Source: the human T2T-CHM13v2.0 reference genome, Homo sapiens
Length of the DNA stretch: 64,000 nt
Assembly: GCF_009914755.1 (NCBI RefSeq)
Contig: NC_060940.1
Strand: one strand, 5' to 3'
Below the pieces are notes generated by a model that was given only the letters and a program-made list of their open reading frames with translations, was not told where the DNA came from and made no database searches. Shown piece after piece: positions 1 to 15,300 of this stretch. The translations under genes were made by a program, and so were the position numbers. The number at the start of each line of letters is the position of its first letter. Position 1 is the first letter of the stretch.

Positions 1-702
1 CTATTCGATGATGATTCCATTGGATTTCACTTGATGATTCTATTCGATTCCATTCAATGATGATTCACTTCTCGTCCATTGGATGATTCCATTTCATTCC
101 ATTCGATGATGATTCCATTCGATTCCATTCGATGATTCCATTTGATTCCATGCGTCGGTGAGCAATTCGATTCAATTCCATGATGATTCTATTTGATTCA
201 ATTAGATGATGTTTCCATTCGAATCCATTCCATGATTATTCCATTGGAATCCATTCGGTGATGATTCCATATGAGTCAATTCAATGATGATTCCATATGG
301 GTCCGTTCGATGATAATTCCATTTGATTTCATTCGGTACTTCTATTCAATTCCAGTCGATGATGATTCCGTTGGAGTCCATACGATGATTCCATTTGATT
401 TCATTTGATGATGATTCCATTCGATGATGATTACATTGGATTCCATTCTATGATTCCATTCAATTCCATTCGTTGATGATTCGATTCCATTCAATGATGA
501 TTCTATTTGAGTTCATTCGATGATTCTATTCGATTCCGTTCGATGGTGATTCAATTCTCTTATATTGGATGAATCCACTCGATACCATTTGATGATTATT
601 CCATTGGAGTCCACTTAGTGAATCCTTCAGATTCTACTCGAAGATGATTCCATTCAAGTCCATTCGATGATACCATTCAATTCCATTCGTTGATGCTTCC
701 AT
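1..702 (+). repeat. Partial higher-order unit (end of the unit preceding landmark 703)
   Basis: Colinear with 5543-6244 at offset 5542. Confidence 0.9.
194..204 (-). promoter_or_regulatory. Putative DUX4 double-homeodomain site TAATTGAATCA; repeated at 5736, 11848, 17868, 23839, 27065, 33177, 39289, 45329, 55260, 60997
   Basis: + strand TGATTCAATTA; the reverse complement matches the TAAYYBAATCA consensus exactly. DUX4 binding and activation of HSATII is established, but occupancy of this site is not shown by sequence. Confidence 0.5.
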
Positions 703-3700
703 TCAAGTGCATTCGATGATATCATTCGATTCCATTTGATGATAATTCCATTTGATTCCATGCGATGATTCTATTCGATTCCATTCAATGATAATTCCAT
801 TCAGTTCAGTGATTCCTCTGGACTCCATTTGATGATGATTCCATTGAATGATTCCATTTGATTCTATTCGAAAATGATTCCATTTGAATCCATTTGATGA
901 TGATTCTATTAGATTCCATTTGATGATTCCATTCGATTCCATGCGACGATGATTCCATTCGATTCCATTTGATGATTCCATTCTATTCTATTCGATGATG
1001 ATTCCATTCGATTCCATTCGATGATGATTGGATTCGATTCCATTTGATGATTTCATTTGATTCCATTCGTTAATGATTTCGATCAATTCCATTCGATGAT
1101 TCCATTCGATTCCATTCGATAATGATTACATCCGTGTCCATTCAATGATTCCATTTGAGCCTGTTCGATAATTCCATTTGTGTCCAACCAATGATTCCAT
1201 TCATTTCCATTCAATGATTCCATTCGAGTCCATTTGATCATTCCGGTAGGGTCCATTCGATGTTGATTCCATTGGAGTGCATTCGATGATTCCATTCGAG
1301 TCCATTTTATGATTTGATTCGAGTCCTTTCGATGATTCCATTCGATTCCACTCGATGATGATTTCATTCGAGTCCATTCGACACTTCCAATCGATTCCAT
1401 TTGATGTTTCCATTCGAGTCCAATTGATGATTCCATTCAATTCCATTCGATGATGATTCCGTACGATTCCATTCTGTGATGATTCCCTGTGATTCCATTC
1501 AATGATGATTCCTTTAGATTGCATTCGATTGTGATTCATTTCGTCTTCATTCTATGGTTCCACAGGTTTCCATTCGTGTCCATTCCATTATTCCATTCTA
1601 TTCCATTTGATGATGATTCCATTCGATTCCATTCATTGGTGATTCCACTCAATTCCATTCAATGATTCCATTCCATTTCTTTCAACAATGATTCCATTAG
1701 TTTCTAATCGATGATCCACTTGATTCCATTTGACGACGATTCCATTCTTGTCCATTCGATGATTCCATTTGATTCCATATGATGATGATTCCATTCGATT
1801 CCATACCATGATGATTCCATTCGAGTCCATTCAATGGTGATTCCATTCAATTCCATTCGATGATTCCTTTCGATTCCATTCGATGATGATGGCATTCGAT
1901 TCCTTTCAATCATTCCCTTTGATTCCATTCAAAGGTGATTTCATTCAAGTCCATTCGATAATTGCATTCGATTCCATTCTATGATGATTCCATTCGAGTC
2001 CATTTGATGATTCCATTCAATTCAAGTCAATGATGATTCCATTCGATTCCATTCGATGATTCCATTGGATTCCATTCGATGATGATTCCATTCAAATCCA
2101 TTCGATAATTCAATTCAAGTCCATTCGATGATGATTAAAATCGAATCCATTCAAAGATTCCATTCAGTTCCATTCGATGATTCCCTTAGATTCCATTCGA
2201 TGATTCCACTTGATTTCATTTACGATGATTCCATTCGATTCCACGTGATGATTCCATTCAATTCTATTCAATGCTGTTTCCATTTGATTCCATTCGACCA
2301 TGATTGCCTTTGATTCCATTCAATGACTCCATTCGGTTCCTTTTGATGATGATTCCGTTCGATTCCATTTGATGATTCCATTTGATTCCATTGGATGAGT
2401 CCATTCGATTACATTCGATGATTATTCCATTCGAGTGCATTAGATGATTCCATTCGAGTCCATTCGATGATTCCATTCGATTCCATTCGATGTTGATTCT
2501 GTTCAAATCCATTCGATGATTCCACTCGATTCCATTCGATGACTCCAGTTGATCCCATTCGATGATTTCCTTTGATTCCCTTTGATGATCATTCCATTTG
2601 ATTCAATTCGGTGATTTCATTTGATTCCATTCAGTGATGTTTCCATTCGACTCCATTCGATGATGATTCCATTCGACTCCATTCGATTATGATTTCATTC
2701 AATTCCATTCGATAATGATTCCCTTCGAGTCCATTCGATGATTCCATTCGATTCCATTCAACGATGATTTGATTCGTGTCCATTCGATGATTCCATTTGA
2801 TTCCACTTGATGATGATTCCATTCGAGTCCATTTGATGATTCCATTCAATTCCATTCTCCGATGATTTCTTTTGAGCCCATTCAATGCTTCCACTCGATT
2901 CCATATGATGATGACTCCATTCGATGAAATTCGATGATGATTCCCTTTGATTCCATTCAAAGATGATTCCATTCTAGCCCATTCAATCATTCCATTCGAT
3001 TCTATTCAATGATGATTCCATTCATGTCGATTTGGTGATTCCATTTGACTTCATTTGATGATGATTCCTTTCAAGTTCATTAGATGATTCCATTCGATTC
3101 CATTTGATGATGATCCCATTCGAGTCCATTCAGTGATTCCACTCGTTTCCATTCCATGATGATTCCATTCCATTCCATTCAATGATTCCATTCGATTCCG
3201 TTTGATGATGATTTCATTCGAGTCCATTTGATGATTCCATTTGATTCCATTCGATGATGATTCCATTCGAGTCCATTCGATGATTCTATTCGAATCCATT
3301 TGATGATTTCTTTTGATTATAGTTGGTGATGATTCCATTGGAGTCCATTCAATGATTCCATTCGATTCCAATCGATGGTGATTCCATTAGAGTCCATTTA
3401 ATGATTCCATTTGATTCCAGTCTCTGATGATTACATTCGAGTCCATACGATGATTCCACTCAATTCCATATGATGATGATTCCATTCGATTCCATTCGAT
3501 GATTCCATTCTATTCTATTCAATGGTGATTCCATTCGAGTACATTAGATGATTCCATTCGATTCCATTCAATGATGATTCTATTTGTGTCCCTTAGATGA
3601 TTCCACATGATTCCATTAGATGATGATACTATTTGAGCCCATCCAATGATTCCCTTCGATTCCATTCGATGAGGATTCCATTCGATTCAATTCATTGGTG

Positions 3701-6244
3701 ATTGTATTCAATTCAATTCTTTGATTCCATTCCATTCCATTCGACAATGATTCCATTCGATTTCTTTCGATGATTCCACTCGATTCCACTTGACATTGAT
3801 TCCCTTCGATTCCATTCAATGATTCCATTTGATTCCAGTGGATGATGATTGCCATCGATTCCATTCGATCACTCCATTCTATTCCATTTGATGATGATTA
3901 CATTCGATTCCATTTGACGATTCCATCTGATTCTATTCGAGGATTCCATTTGATTCCATTCGATGATGATTCCATTCGAGTCCATTCGATGATTTCATTC
4001 GAGTACATCCAATGATTCCATTCGAGTCCATTTGATGATTCCATTTGATTCCATTTGATAATGATTCTACTAGAGTCCATTCAATGACTCCATTGGAGTC
4101 CATTCAACAATTCCATTCGACTCCATTTGATGATTCCATTCGATTCCATTTGATGATTCCATTCGAGTCCATTTAATCATTACAGTCGAGTCCATTTGGT
4201 GATTCCACCGGATTTCTTTTGATAATGATACCATTCAAATACATTTGATGATGATCCCATTCAATTTCATTTGATGATGATTCCATTAGAGTCCATTCGA
4301 TGATTTCATTCGAGTCCCTTCATTGATTCCATCCGATTTCATTGGATGATGACTCCATTCGAGTCCATTCGATGATTCCACTCGATTCCATTAGATGATT
4401 CCATTGGAGTCCATTTGATTGTTCCATTCGATTCCATTCAATTCCTTTCGAAGATTATTCCATTTGAGTCCATTCGACGATGATTCCATTCCATTCCATT
4501 CGATGATTCCGTTTGATTCCATTCGATGATTCCCTTCGATTCCTTTCTTTGATGATTCCATTCCATTCCATTCAATGATTCCATTCGAATCTATTCCATG
4601 ATGATTCCTTTCGATTCCATTCGCTGATGTTTCCGTTCAATTCCATTCGATGATGATTCCATTCGATTCCATTCATTGAGGATTCCATTTGATTCCATTC
4701 AATGATGATTCCGTTCTATTCCATTCAATGATTGCATTCAATTCCATTCAATGATTATCCCCTTAGAGTAAACTCAACGATTCCATTCAATACCATTCGA
4801 TGATGATTCCTTTTGAGTCCATTCAATGATTTCATTCAAGTCCATTTGATGATTCCTTTCAATTCCATTCTATGATGATTCCATTCGAGTCCATTCGATG
4901 ATTCCATTCGATTGCATTCGATGATTCCATTATATTCCAGTCAACGATGATTCCATTCGAGTCCATTCGATGATTCCATTAGAGTACATTTAATGATTGC
5001 TTTGTTTTCAATTCGAAGATGATTACATTGGATTCCATTCTATGATACCATTCGATTCCATTCAATGATGATTCCACTCAAATCCATTGGATGATTCCAT
5101 TCGTGTCCATTCGGTGATTTCATTAGATTCCATTCGAGGATGATTCCATTCGATTCCATTCGATGATTCCATTCAATTCCATTCGATGATGATTCCATTC
5201 CAGTCCATATGATCATTCCATTTGATTTCATTCGATGATGATTCCATTCGATTCCATTCGATGATTCCATTCTATTCCATTCGATGATGATTCCATTCGA
5301 GTCCATTCGATGATTCCATTCGAGTCCATTTAATGATTCCATTGGGTTCAATTCAATGATGATTACATTGGATTCCGTTCTATGATTCCATTCAATTCCG
5401 TTCATAGACAATTTGATTCCATTCGATGATGATTCCATTTGAGTTCATTCGATGATTCTATTCGATTCTCTTCGATGGTGATTCAATTCTATTATATTGG
5501 ATGATTCCATTCGATTCCATTTGATGTTGATTCAATTCGATTCTATTCGATGATGATTCCATTGGATTTCACTTGATGATTCTATTCGATTCCATTCAAT
5601 GATGATTCACTTCTCGTCCATTGGATGATTCCATTTCATTCCATTCGATGATGATTCCATTCGATTCCATTCGATGATTCCATTTGATTCCATGCGACGG
5701 TGAGCAATTCGATTCAATTCCATGATGATTCTATTTGATTCAATTAGATGATGTTTCCATTCGAATCCATTCCATGATTATTCCATTGGAATCCATTTGG
5801 CGATGATTCCATATGAGTCAATTCAATGATGATTCCATATGGGTCCGTTCGATGATAATTCCATTTGATTTCATTCGATGCTTCTATTCTATTCCAGTCG
5901 ATGATGATTCCGTTGGAGTCCATACGATGATTCCATTTGATTTCATTTGATGATGATTCCATTCGATGATGATTACATTGGATTCCATTCTATGATTCCA
6001 TTCGATTCCATTCGTTGATGATTCGATTCCATTCAATGATGATTCCATTTGAGTTCATTCGATGATTCTATTCGATTCCGTTCGATGGTGATTCAATTCT
6101 ATTATATAGGATGATTCCACTCGATTCCATTTGATGATTATTCCATTGGAGTCCACTTAGTGAATCCTTTAGATTCTACTCGAAGATGATTCCATTCGAG
6201 TCCATTCGATGATACCATTCAATTCCATTCGTTGATGCTTCCAT
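703..6244 (+). repeat. HOR unit 1, 5542 bp (570-bp deletion variant)
   Basis: Landmark spacing 703->6245. Lacks the block seen at about 8487-9056 in unit 2. Confidence 0.92.
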
Positions 6245-9200
6245 TCAAGTGCATTCGATGATATCATTCGATTCCATTTGATGATAATTCCATTTGATTC
6301 CATGCGATGATTCTATTCGATTCCATTCAATGATAATTCCATTCAATTCAGTGATTCCTCTGGACTCCATTTGATGATGATTCCATTCAATGATTCCATT
6401 CGATTCTATTCCAAAATGATTCCATTTGAATCCATTTGATGATGATTCCATTAGATTCCATTTGATGATTCCATTCGATTCCATTTGACGATGATTCCAT
6501 TCGATTCCATTTGATGATTCCATTCTATTCTATTCGATGATGATTCCATTCGATTCCATTTGATGATGATTGGATTCGATTCCATTTGATGATTTCATTT
6601 GATTCCATTCGTTAATGATTTCGATCAACTCCATTCGATGATTCCATTTGATTCCATTCTATAATGATTACATCCGAGTCCATTCGATGATTCCATTTGA
6701 GCCCGTTCGATAATTCCATTTGAGTCCAATCAATGATTCCATTCATTTCCATTCAATGATTCCATTCGAGTCCATTTGATCATTCTGGTAGGGTCCGTTC
6801 GATGTTGATTCCATTGGAGTGCATTCGATGATTGCATTCGAGTCCATTTTAGGATTTGATTCGAGTCCTTTCGATGATTCCATTCGATTCCACTCGATGA
6901 TGATTTCATTCGAGTCCATTCGACACTTCCAATCGATTCCATTTGATGTTTCCATTCGAGTCCAATTGATGATTCCATTCAATTCCATTCGATGATGATT
7001 CCGTACGATTCCATTCTGTGATGATTCCATGTGATTGCATTCAATGATGATTCCTTTAGATTGCATTCGATTGTGATTCATTTCGTCTTCATTCTATGGT
7101 TCCACAGGTTTCCATTCGTGTCCATTCCATTATTCCATTCTATTCCATTTGGTGATGATTCCATTCGATTCCATTCATTGGTGATTCCACTCAATTCCAT
7201 TCAATGATTCCATTCCATTTCTTTCAACAATGATTCCATTAGTTTCTAATCGATGATCCACTTGATTCCATTTGACGACGATTCCATTCTTGTCCATTCG
7301 ATGATTCCATTTGATTCCATATGATGATGATTCCATTCGATTCCATACCATGATGATTCCATTCGAGTCCATTCAATGGTGATTCCATTCAATTCCATTC
7401 GATGATTCCTTTCGATTCCATTCGATGATGATGGCATTCGATTCCTTTCAATCATTCCCTTTGATTCCATTCAAAGGTGATTTCATTCAAGTCCATTCGA
7501 TAATTGCATTCGATTCCATTCTATGATGATTCCATTCGAGTCCATTTGATGATTCCATTCAATTCAAGTCAATGATGATTCCATTCGATTCCATTCGATG
7601 ATTCCATTGGATTCCATTCGATGATGATTCCATTCAAATCCATTCGATAATTCAATTCAAGTCCATTCGATGATGATTAAAATCGAATCCATTCAAAGAT
7701 TCCATTCAGTTCCATTCGATGATTCCCTTAGATTCCATTCGATGATTCCACTTGATTGCATTTACGATGATTCCATTCGATTCCATGTGATGATTCCATT
7801 CAATACTATTCAATGCTGTTTCCATTTGATTCCATTCGACCATGATTGCCTTTGATTCCATTCAATGACTCCATTCGGTTCCTTTTGATGATGATTCCGT
7901 TCGATTCCATTTGATGATTCCATTTGATTCCATTGGATGAGTCCATTCGATTACATTCGATGATTATTCCATTCGAGTGCATTAGATGATTCCATTCGAG
8001 TCCATTCGATGATTCCATTCGATTCCATTCGATGTTGATTCTGTTCAAATCCATTCGATGATTCCACTCGATTCCATTCGATGACTCCAGTTGATCCCAT
8101 TCGATGATTTCCTTTGATTCCCTTTGATGATCATTCCATTTGATTCAATTCGGTGATTTCATTTGATTCCATTCAGTGATGTTTCCATTCGACTCCATTC
8201 GATGATGATTCCATTCGACTCCATTCGATTATGATTTCATTCAATTCCATTCGATAATGATTCCCTTCAAGTCCATTCGATGATTCCATTCGATTCCATT
8301 CAACGATGATTTGATTCGTGTCCATTCGATGATTCCATTTGATTCCACTTGATGATGATTCCATTCGAGTCCATTTGATGATTCCATTCAATTCCATACT
8401 CCGATGATTTCTTTTGAGCCCACTCAATGCTTCCACTCGATTCCATATGATGATGACTCCATTCGATGAAATTCGATGATGATTCCATTCGCTTGCTTTC
8501 GATGATGATTCCACTTGAGTCTGTTAGAAGATTCTATTCAATTACATTCCATGACGATTCCGTTCGAGTCCATTTGATGATTCCATTAGACTCCATTCGA
8601 CGATGATTCCATTCGATGTTATTCGATGATTCCATTCGATCTCATTCGATGATGATTCCATTCAACTCCATTCGATGTTTCCATTCGAGTTCATTCTATT
8701 TTTCCATTAGATTCCATTCGATGATGATTCCATTCGATTCCATTTGATGATTGCATTCTATTTCATTTGATGATGATTCCATTCGAGTCTACTCGATGAT
8801 TCCATTCGAGTCCATTTAATGAATCCATTGGTTTCAATTCTATGATGATTACATTGGATTCCATTCGTTGATGATTTCATTCGGTTCCATTCAATGATGA
8901 TTCTATTCAATTCCTTTCAATGTTTCCATTCAATTCCATACGATGATGATTCCATTTGATTTGTTTCGACAGTGAGCCATTCGATTCAATTCCATGATGA
9001 TTCTATTTGATTCCATTGGTTGACATTTCCATTCGATTCCATTCGATGATGATTCCCTTTGATTCCATTCAAAGATGATTCCATTCTAGCCCATTCAATC
9101 ATTCCATTCGATTCTATTCAATGATGATTCCATTCATGTCGATTTGGTGATTCCATTTGACTTCATTTGATGATGATTCCTTTCAAGTTCATTAGATGAT

Positions 9201-12200
9201 TCCATTCGATTCCATTTGATGATGATCCCATTCGAGTCCATTCAGTGATTCCATTCGTTTCCATTCCATGATGATTCCATTCCATTCCATGCAATGATTC
9301 CATTCGATTCCGTTTGATGATGATTTCATTCGAGTCCATTTGATGATTCCATTTGATTCCATTCGATGATGATTCCATTCGAGTCCATTCGATGATTCTA
9401 TTCGAATCCATTTGATGATTTCTTTTGATTATAGTTGGTGATGATTCCATTGGAGTCCATTCAATGATTCCATTCGATTCCAATCGATGGTGATTCCATT
9501 AGAGTCCATTTAATGATTCCATTTGATTCCAGTCTCTGATGATTACATTCGAGTCCATACGATGATTCCACTCAATTCCATATGATGATGATTCCATTCG
9601 ATTCCATTCGATGATTCCATTCTATTCTATTCAATGGTGATTCCATTCGAGTACATTAGATGATTCCATTCGATTCCATTCAATGATGATTCTATTTGTG
9701 TCCCTTAGATGATTCCACATGATTCCATTAGATGACGATACTATTTCAGCCCATCCAATGATTCCCTTCGATTCCATTCGATGAGGATTCCATTCGATTC
9801 AATTCATTGGTGATTCTATTCAATTCAATTCTTTGATTCCATTCCATTCCATTCGACAATGATTCCATTCGATTTCTTTCGATGATTCCACTCGATTCCA
9901 CTTGACATTGATTCCCTTCGATTCCGTTCAATGATTCCATTTGATTCCAGTGGACGATGATTGCCATCGATTCCATTCGATCACTCCATTCTATTCCATT
10001 TGATGATGATTACATTCGATTCCATTTGACGATTCCATCTGATTCTATTCGAGGATTCCATTTGATTCCATTCGATGATGATTCCATTCGAGTCCATTCG
10101 ATGATTTCATTCGAGTACATCCAATGATTCCATTCGAGTCCATTTGATGATTCCGTTTGATTCCATTTGATAATGATTCTACTAGAGTCCATTCAATGAC
10201 TCCATTCGAGTCCATTCAACAATTCCATTCGACTCCATTTGATGATTCCATTCGATTCCATTTGATGATTCCATTCGAGTCCATTTAATCATTACAGTCG
10301 AGTCCATTTGGTGATTCCACCGGATTTCTTTTGATAATGATACCATTCAATTACATTTGATGATGATCCCATTCAATTTCATTTGATGATGATTCCATTA
10401 GAGTCCATTCGATGATTTCATTCGAGTCCCTTCATTGATTCCATCCGATTTCATTGGATGATGACTCCATTCGAGTCCATTCGATGATTCCACTCGATTC
10501 CATTAGATGATTCCATTGGAGTCCATTTGATTGTTCCATTCGATTCTATTCGATTCCTTTCGAAGATTATTCCATTTGAGTCCATTCGATGATGATTCCA
10601 TTCCATTCCATTCGATGATTCCGTTTGATTCCATTCGATGATTCCCTTCGATTCCTTTCTTTGATGATTCCATTCCATTCCATTCAATGATTCCATTCGA
10701 ATCTATTCCATGATGATTCCTTTCGATTCCATTCGCTGATGTTTCCGTTCAATTCCATTCGATGATGATTCCATTCGATTCCATTCATTGAGGATTCCAT
10801 TTGATTCCATTCAATGATGATTCCATTCTATTCCATTCAATGATTGCATTCAATTCCATTCAATGATTATCCCATTAGAGTAAACTCAAAGATTCCATTC
10901 AATACCATTCGATGATGATTCCTTTTGAGTCCATTCAATGATTTCATTCAAGTCCATTTGATGATTCCTTTCAATTCCATTCTATGATGATTCCATTCGA
11001 GTCCATTCGATGATTCCATTCGATTGCATTCGATGATTCCATTATATTCCATTCAACGATGATTCCATTCGAGTCCATTCGATGATTCCATTAGAGTACA
11101 TTTAATGATTGCTTTGTTTTCAATTCGAAGATGATTACATTGGATTCCATTCTATGATACCATTCGATTCCATTCAATGATGATTCCACTAAAATCCATT
11201 GGATGAATCCATTCGTGTCCATTCGGTGAATTCATTAGATTCCATTCGAGGATGATTCCATTTGATTCCATTCGATGATTCCATTCAATTCTATTCGATG
11301 ATGATTCCATTCCAGTCCATATGATCATTCCATTTGATTTCATTCGATGATGATTCCATTCGATTCCATTCGATGATTCCATTCTATTCCATTCGATGAT
11401 GATTCCATTCGAGTCCATTCGATGATTCCATTCGAGTCCATTTAATGATTCCATTGGGTTCAATTCAATGATGATTACATTGGATTCCGTTCTATGATTC
11501 CATTCAATTCCGTTCATTGACAATTTGATTCCATTCGATGATGATTCCATTTGAGTTCATTCGATGATTCTATTCGATTCTCTTCGATGGTGATTCAATT
11601 CTATTATATTGGATGATTCCATTCGATTCCATTTGATGTTGATTCAATTCGATTCTATTCGATGATGATTCCATTGGATTTCACTTGATGATTCTATTCG
11701 ATTCCATTCAATGATGATTCACTTCTCGTCCATTGGATGATTCCATTTCATTCCATTCGATGATGATTCCATTCGATTCCATTCGATGATTCCATTTGAT
11801 TCCATGCGACGGTGAGCAATTCGATTCAATTCCATGATGATTCTATTTGATTCAATTAGATGATGTTTCCATTCGAATCCATTCCATGATTATTCCATTG
11901 GAATCCATTTGGCGATGATTCCATATGAGTCAATTCAATGATGATTCCATATGGGTCCGTTCGATGATAATTCCATTTGATTTCATTCGATGCTTCTATT
12001 CTATTCCAGTCGATGATGATTCCGTTGGAGTCCATACGATGATTCCATTTGATTTCATTTGATGATGATTCCATTCGATGATGATTACATTGGATTCCAT
12101 TCTATGATTCCATTCAATTCCATTCGTTGATGATTCGATTCCATTCAATGATGATTCCATTTGAGTTCATTCGATGATTCTATTCGATTCCGTTCGATGG

Positions 12201-12356
12201 TGATTCAATTCTATTATATTGGATGATTCCACTCGATTCCATTTGATGATTATTCCATTGGAGTCCACTTAGTGAATCCTTTAGATTCTACTCGAAGATG
12301 ATTCCATTCGAGTCCATTCAATGATACCATTCAATTTCATTCGTTGATGCTTCCAT
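6245..12356 (+). repeat. HOR unit 2, full-length 6112 bp
   Basis: Landmark spacing 6245->12357 = 6112. Confidence 0.95.
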
Positions 12357-15300
12357 TCAAGTGCATTCGATGATATCATTCGATTCCATTTGATGATAAT
12401 TCCATTTGATTCCATGCGATGATTCTATTCGATTCCATTCAATGATAATTCCATTCAATTCAGTGATTCCTCTGGAATCCATTTGATGATGATTCCATTC
12501 AATGATTCCATTCGATTCTATTCCAAAATGATTCCATTTGAATCCATTTGATGATGATTCCATTAGATTCCATTTGATGATTCCATTCGATTGCATTTGA
12601 CGATGATTCCATTCGATTCCATTTGATGATCCCATTCTATTCTATTCGATGATGATTCCATTCGATTCCATTTGATGATGATTGGATTCGATTCCATTTG
12701 ATGATTTCATTTGATTCCATTCGTTAATGATTTCGATCAACTCCATTCGATGATTCCATTTGATTCCATTCGATAATGATTACATCCGAGTCCATTCGAT
12801 GATTCCATTTGAGCCCGTTCGATAATTGCATTTGAGTCCAATCAATGATTCCATTCATTTCCATTCAATGATTCCATTCGAGTCCATTTGATCATTCCGG
12901 TAGGGTCCGTTCGATGTTGATTCCATTGGAGTGCATTCGATGATTCCATTCGAGTCCATTTTATGATTTGATTCGAGTCCTTTCGATGATTCCATTCGAT
13001 TCCACTCGATGATGATTTCATTCGAGTCCATTCGACACTTCCAATCGATTCCATTTGATGTTTCCATTCGAGTCCAATTGATGATTCCATTCAATTCCAT
13101 TCGATGATGATTCCGTACGATTCCATTCTGTGATGATTCCATGTGATTGCATTCCATGATGATTCCTTTCGATTGCATTCGATTATGATTCATTTCGTGT
13201 TCATTCTATGGTTCCACAGGTTTCCATTCGATGACGTTTCCGTTCGTGTCCATTCCATTATTCCATTCTATTTCATTTGATGATGATTCCATTCGATTCC
13301 ATTCATTGGTGATTCCACTCAATTCCATTCAATGATTCCATTCCATTTCTTTCAACAATGATTCCATTAGTTTCTATTCGATGATCCACTTGATTCCATT
13401 TGGCGATGATTCCATTCGTGTCCATTCGATGATTCCATTTGATTCCATATGATGATGATTCCATTCGATTCCATACCATGATGATTCCATTCGAGTCCAT
13501 TCAATGGTGATTCCATTCAATTCCATTCGATGATTCCTTCCGATTCCATTCGATGATGATGGCATTCGATTCCTTTCAATCATTCCCTTTGATTCCATTC
13601 AAAGGTGATTTCATTCAAGTCCATTCGATAATTGCATTCGATTCCATTCTATGATGATTCCATTCGAGTCCATTTGATGATTCCATTCAATTCAAGTCAA
13701 TGATGATTCCATTCAATTCCACTCGATGATTCCATTGGATTCCATTCGATGATGATTCCATTCAAATCCATTCGATAATTCAATTCAAGTCCATTCGATG
13801 ATGATTCCAATCGAATCCATTCAAAGATTCCATTCAATTCCATTCGATGATGATTCCCTTAGATTCCATTCGATGATTCCACTTGATTCCATTTACGATG
13901 ATTCCATTCGATTCCATGTGATGAATCCATTCAATTCTATTCAATGATGTTTCCATTTGATTCCATTGGACCATGATTGCCTTTGATTCCATTCAATGAT
14001 TCCATTCGGTTCCATTTGATGATGATTCCGTTCGATTCCATTTCATTATTCCATTTAATTCCATTGGATGAGTCCATTCGATTACATTCGATGATTATTC
14101 CATTCGAGTGCATTAGATGATTGCATTCGAGTCCATTCGATGATTCCATTCGATTCCATTCGATGTTGATTCTGTTCAAATCCATTCGATGATTCCACTC
14201 GATTCCATTCGATGACTCCATTTGATCCCATTCGATGATTTCCTGTGATTCCCTTTGATGATCATTCTATTTGATTCAATTCGGTGATTTCATTTCATTC
14301 CATTCAGTGATGTTTCCATTCGACTGTATTCGATGATGATTCCATTCGACTCCATTCGATTATGATTTCATTCAATTCCATTCAATAATGATTCCCTTCG
14401 AGTCCATTCGATGATTCCATTCGATTCCATTCAACGATGATTTGATTCGTTTCCATTCGATGATTCTATTTGATTCCACTTGATGATGATTCCATTCGAG
14501 TCCATTTGATGATTCCATTCGAGTCTATTTATGTATTATATTCGTGTCCACTTCATGATTCCATTCAATTCCATTTAATGTTGATTCCATTTGATTCCAT
14601 TTGATGATTCAATTCGATTCCTTGCAATGATTCCCTACGATTCCTTTCTCTGATGATTCCATTCGATTCCATTCATTGATGATTTCATTCGACTCCATTC
14701 GATGATGATTCCTTTCGATTCCATTTGACGATGTTTCCATTCGAGTCCATTCGATGATGATTCTATTCAATTCTGTTCTATTATGATTCCATTCGATTTC
14801 ATTCAATGTTTCTATTTGATTCTATTCGATGATGATTCCATCTCTTTCCCTTCGATGATTCCTTTTGATTCCATTCAGTGATGATTCCATTTGATTCCAT
14901 CTGATGATGATTTCACTTGATTCCTTTCAATGATGATTCAATTCAAGTCCATTCGATGATTCCATTGGAGTCCAAACGATCATTCCGTTCGATTCCATTC
15001 AATGGTGATTCCATTCATGTCCATTCGATGAATCCATTCAATTCCATTCGATGATGACTCCATTCGAGTACATTCGATGATTCCATTTGATTCCATTTGA
15101 AGATGATTCCATTCAATTCCATTCGAAGATGATTCCATTCAATTCCATTCGATGATGATTCCGTATGAATCCATTCTCTGATTATTCCATTCGATTCCAT
15201 TCATTGACGATTCCATTCAATTCCATTCAATGATGATTCTCTTCTATTCCATTCGATGATTCCGGTCGATTCCATTCGATGATGATTCCATTAGATTCCA

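Noticed and set aside
2128-2313. Plus-strand 61-aa ORF (also 7670-7855)
   Set aside because: Chance stop-free run of satellite (FHSMIPFD-type), present only in two units.
3726-3743. Short pure (CATTC)n runs suggesting HSat3
   Set aside because: Only about three pentamers long and embedded in CATTCGATGATG-type HSat2 context.
4762-4780. Tiny inverted repeat gagtaaactc and short palindromes (cgtacg, catatg) once per unit
   Set aside because: Stems of 4 bp or less are expected by chance; they recur only because the HOR repeats.
11228-11233. EcoRI site in unit 2 as a unit-defining restriction site
   Set aside because: Private SNP (ggtgaattc versus ggtgatttc in other units), not periodic.
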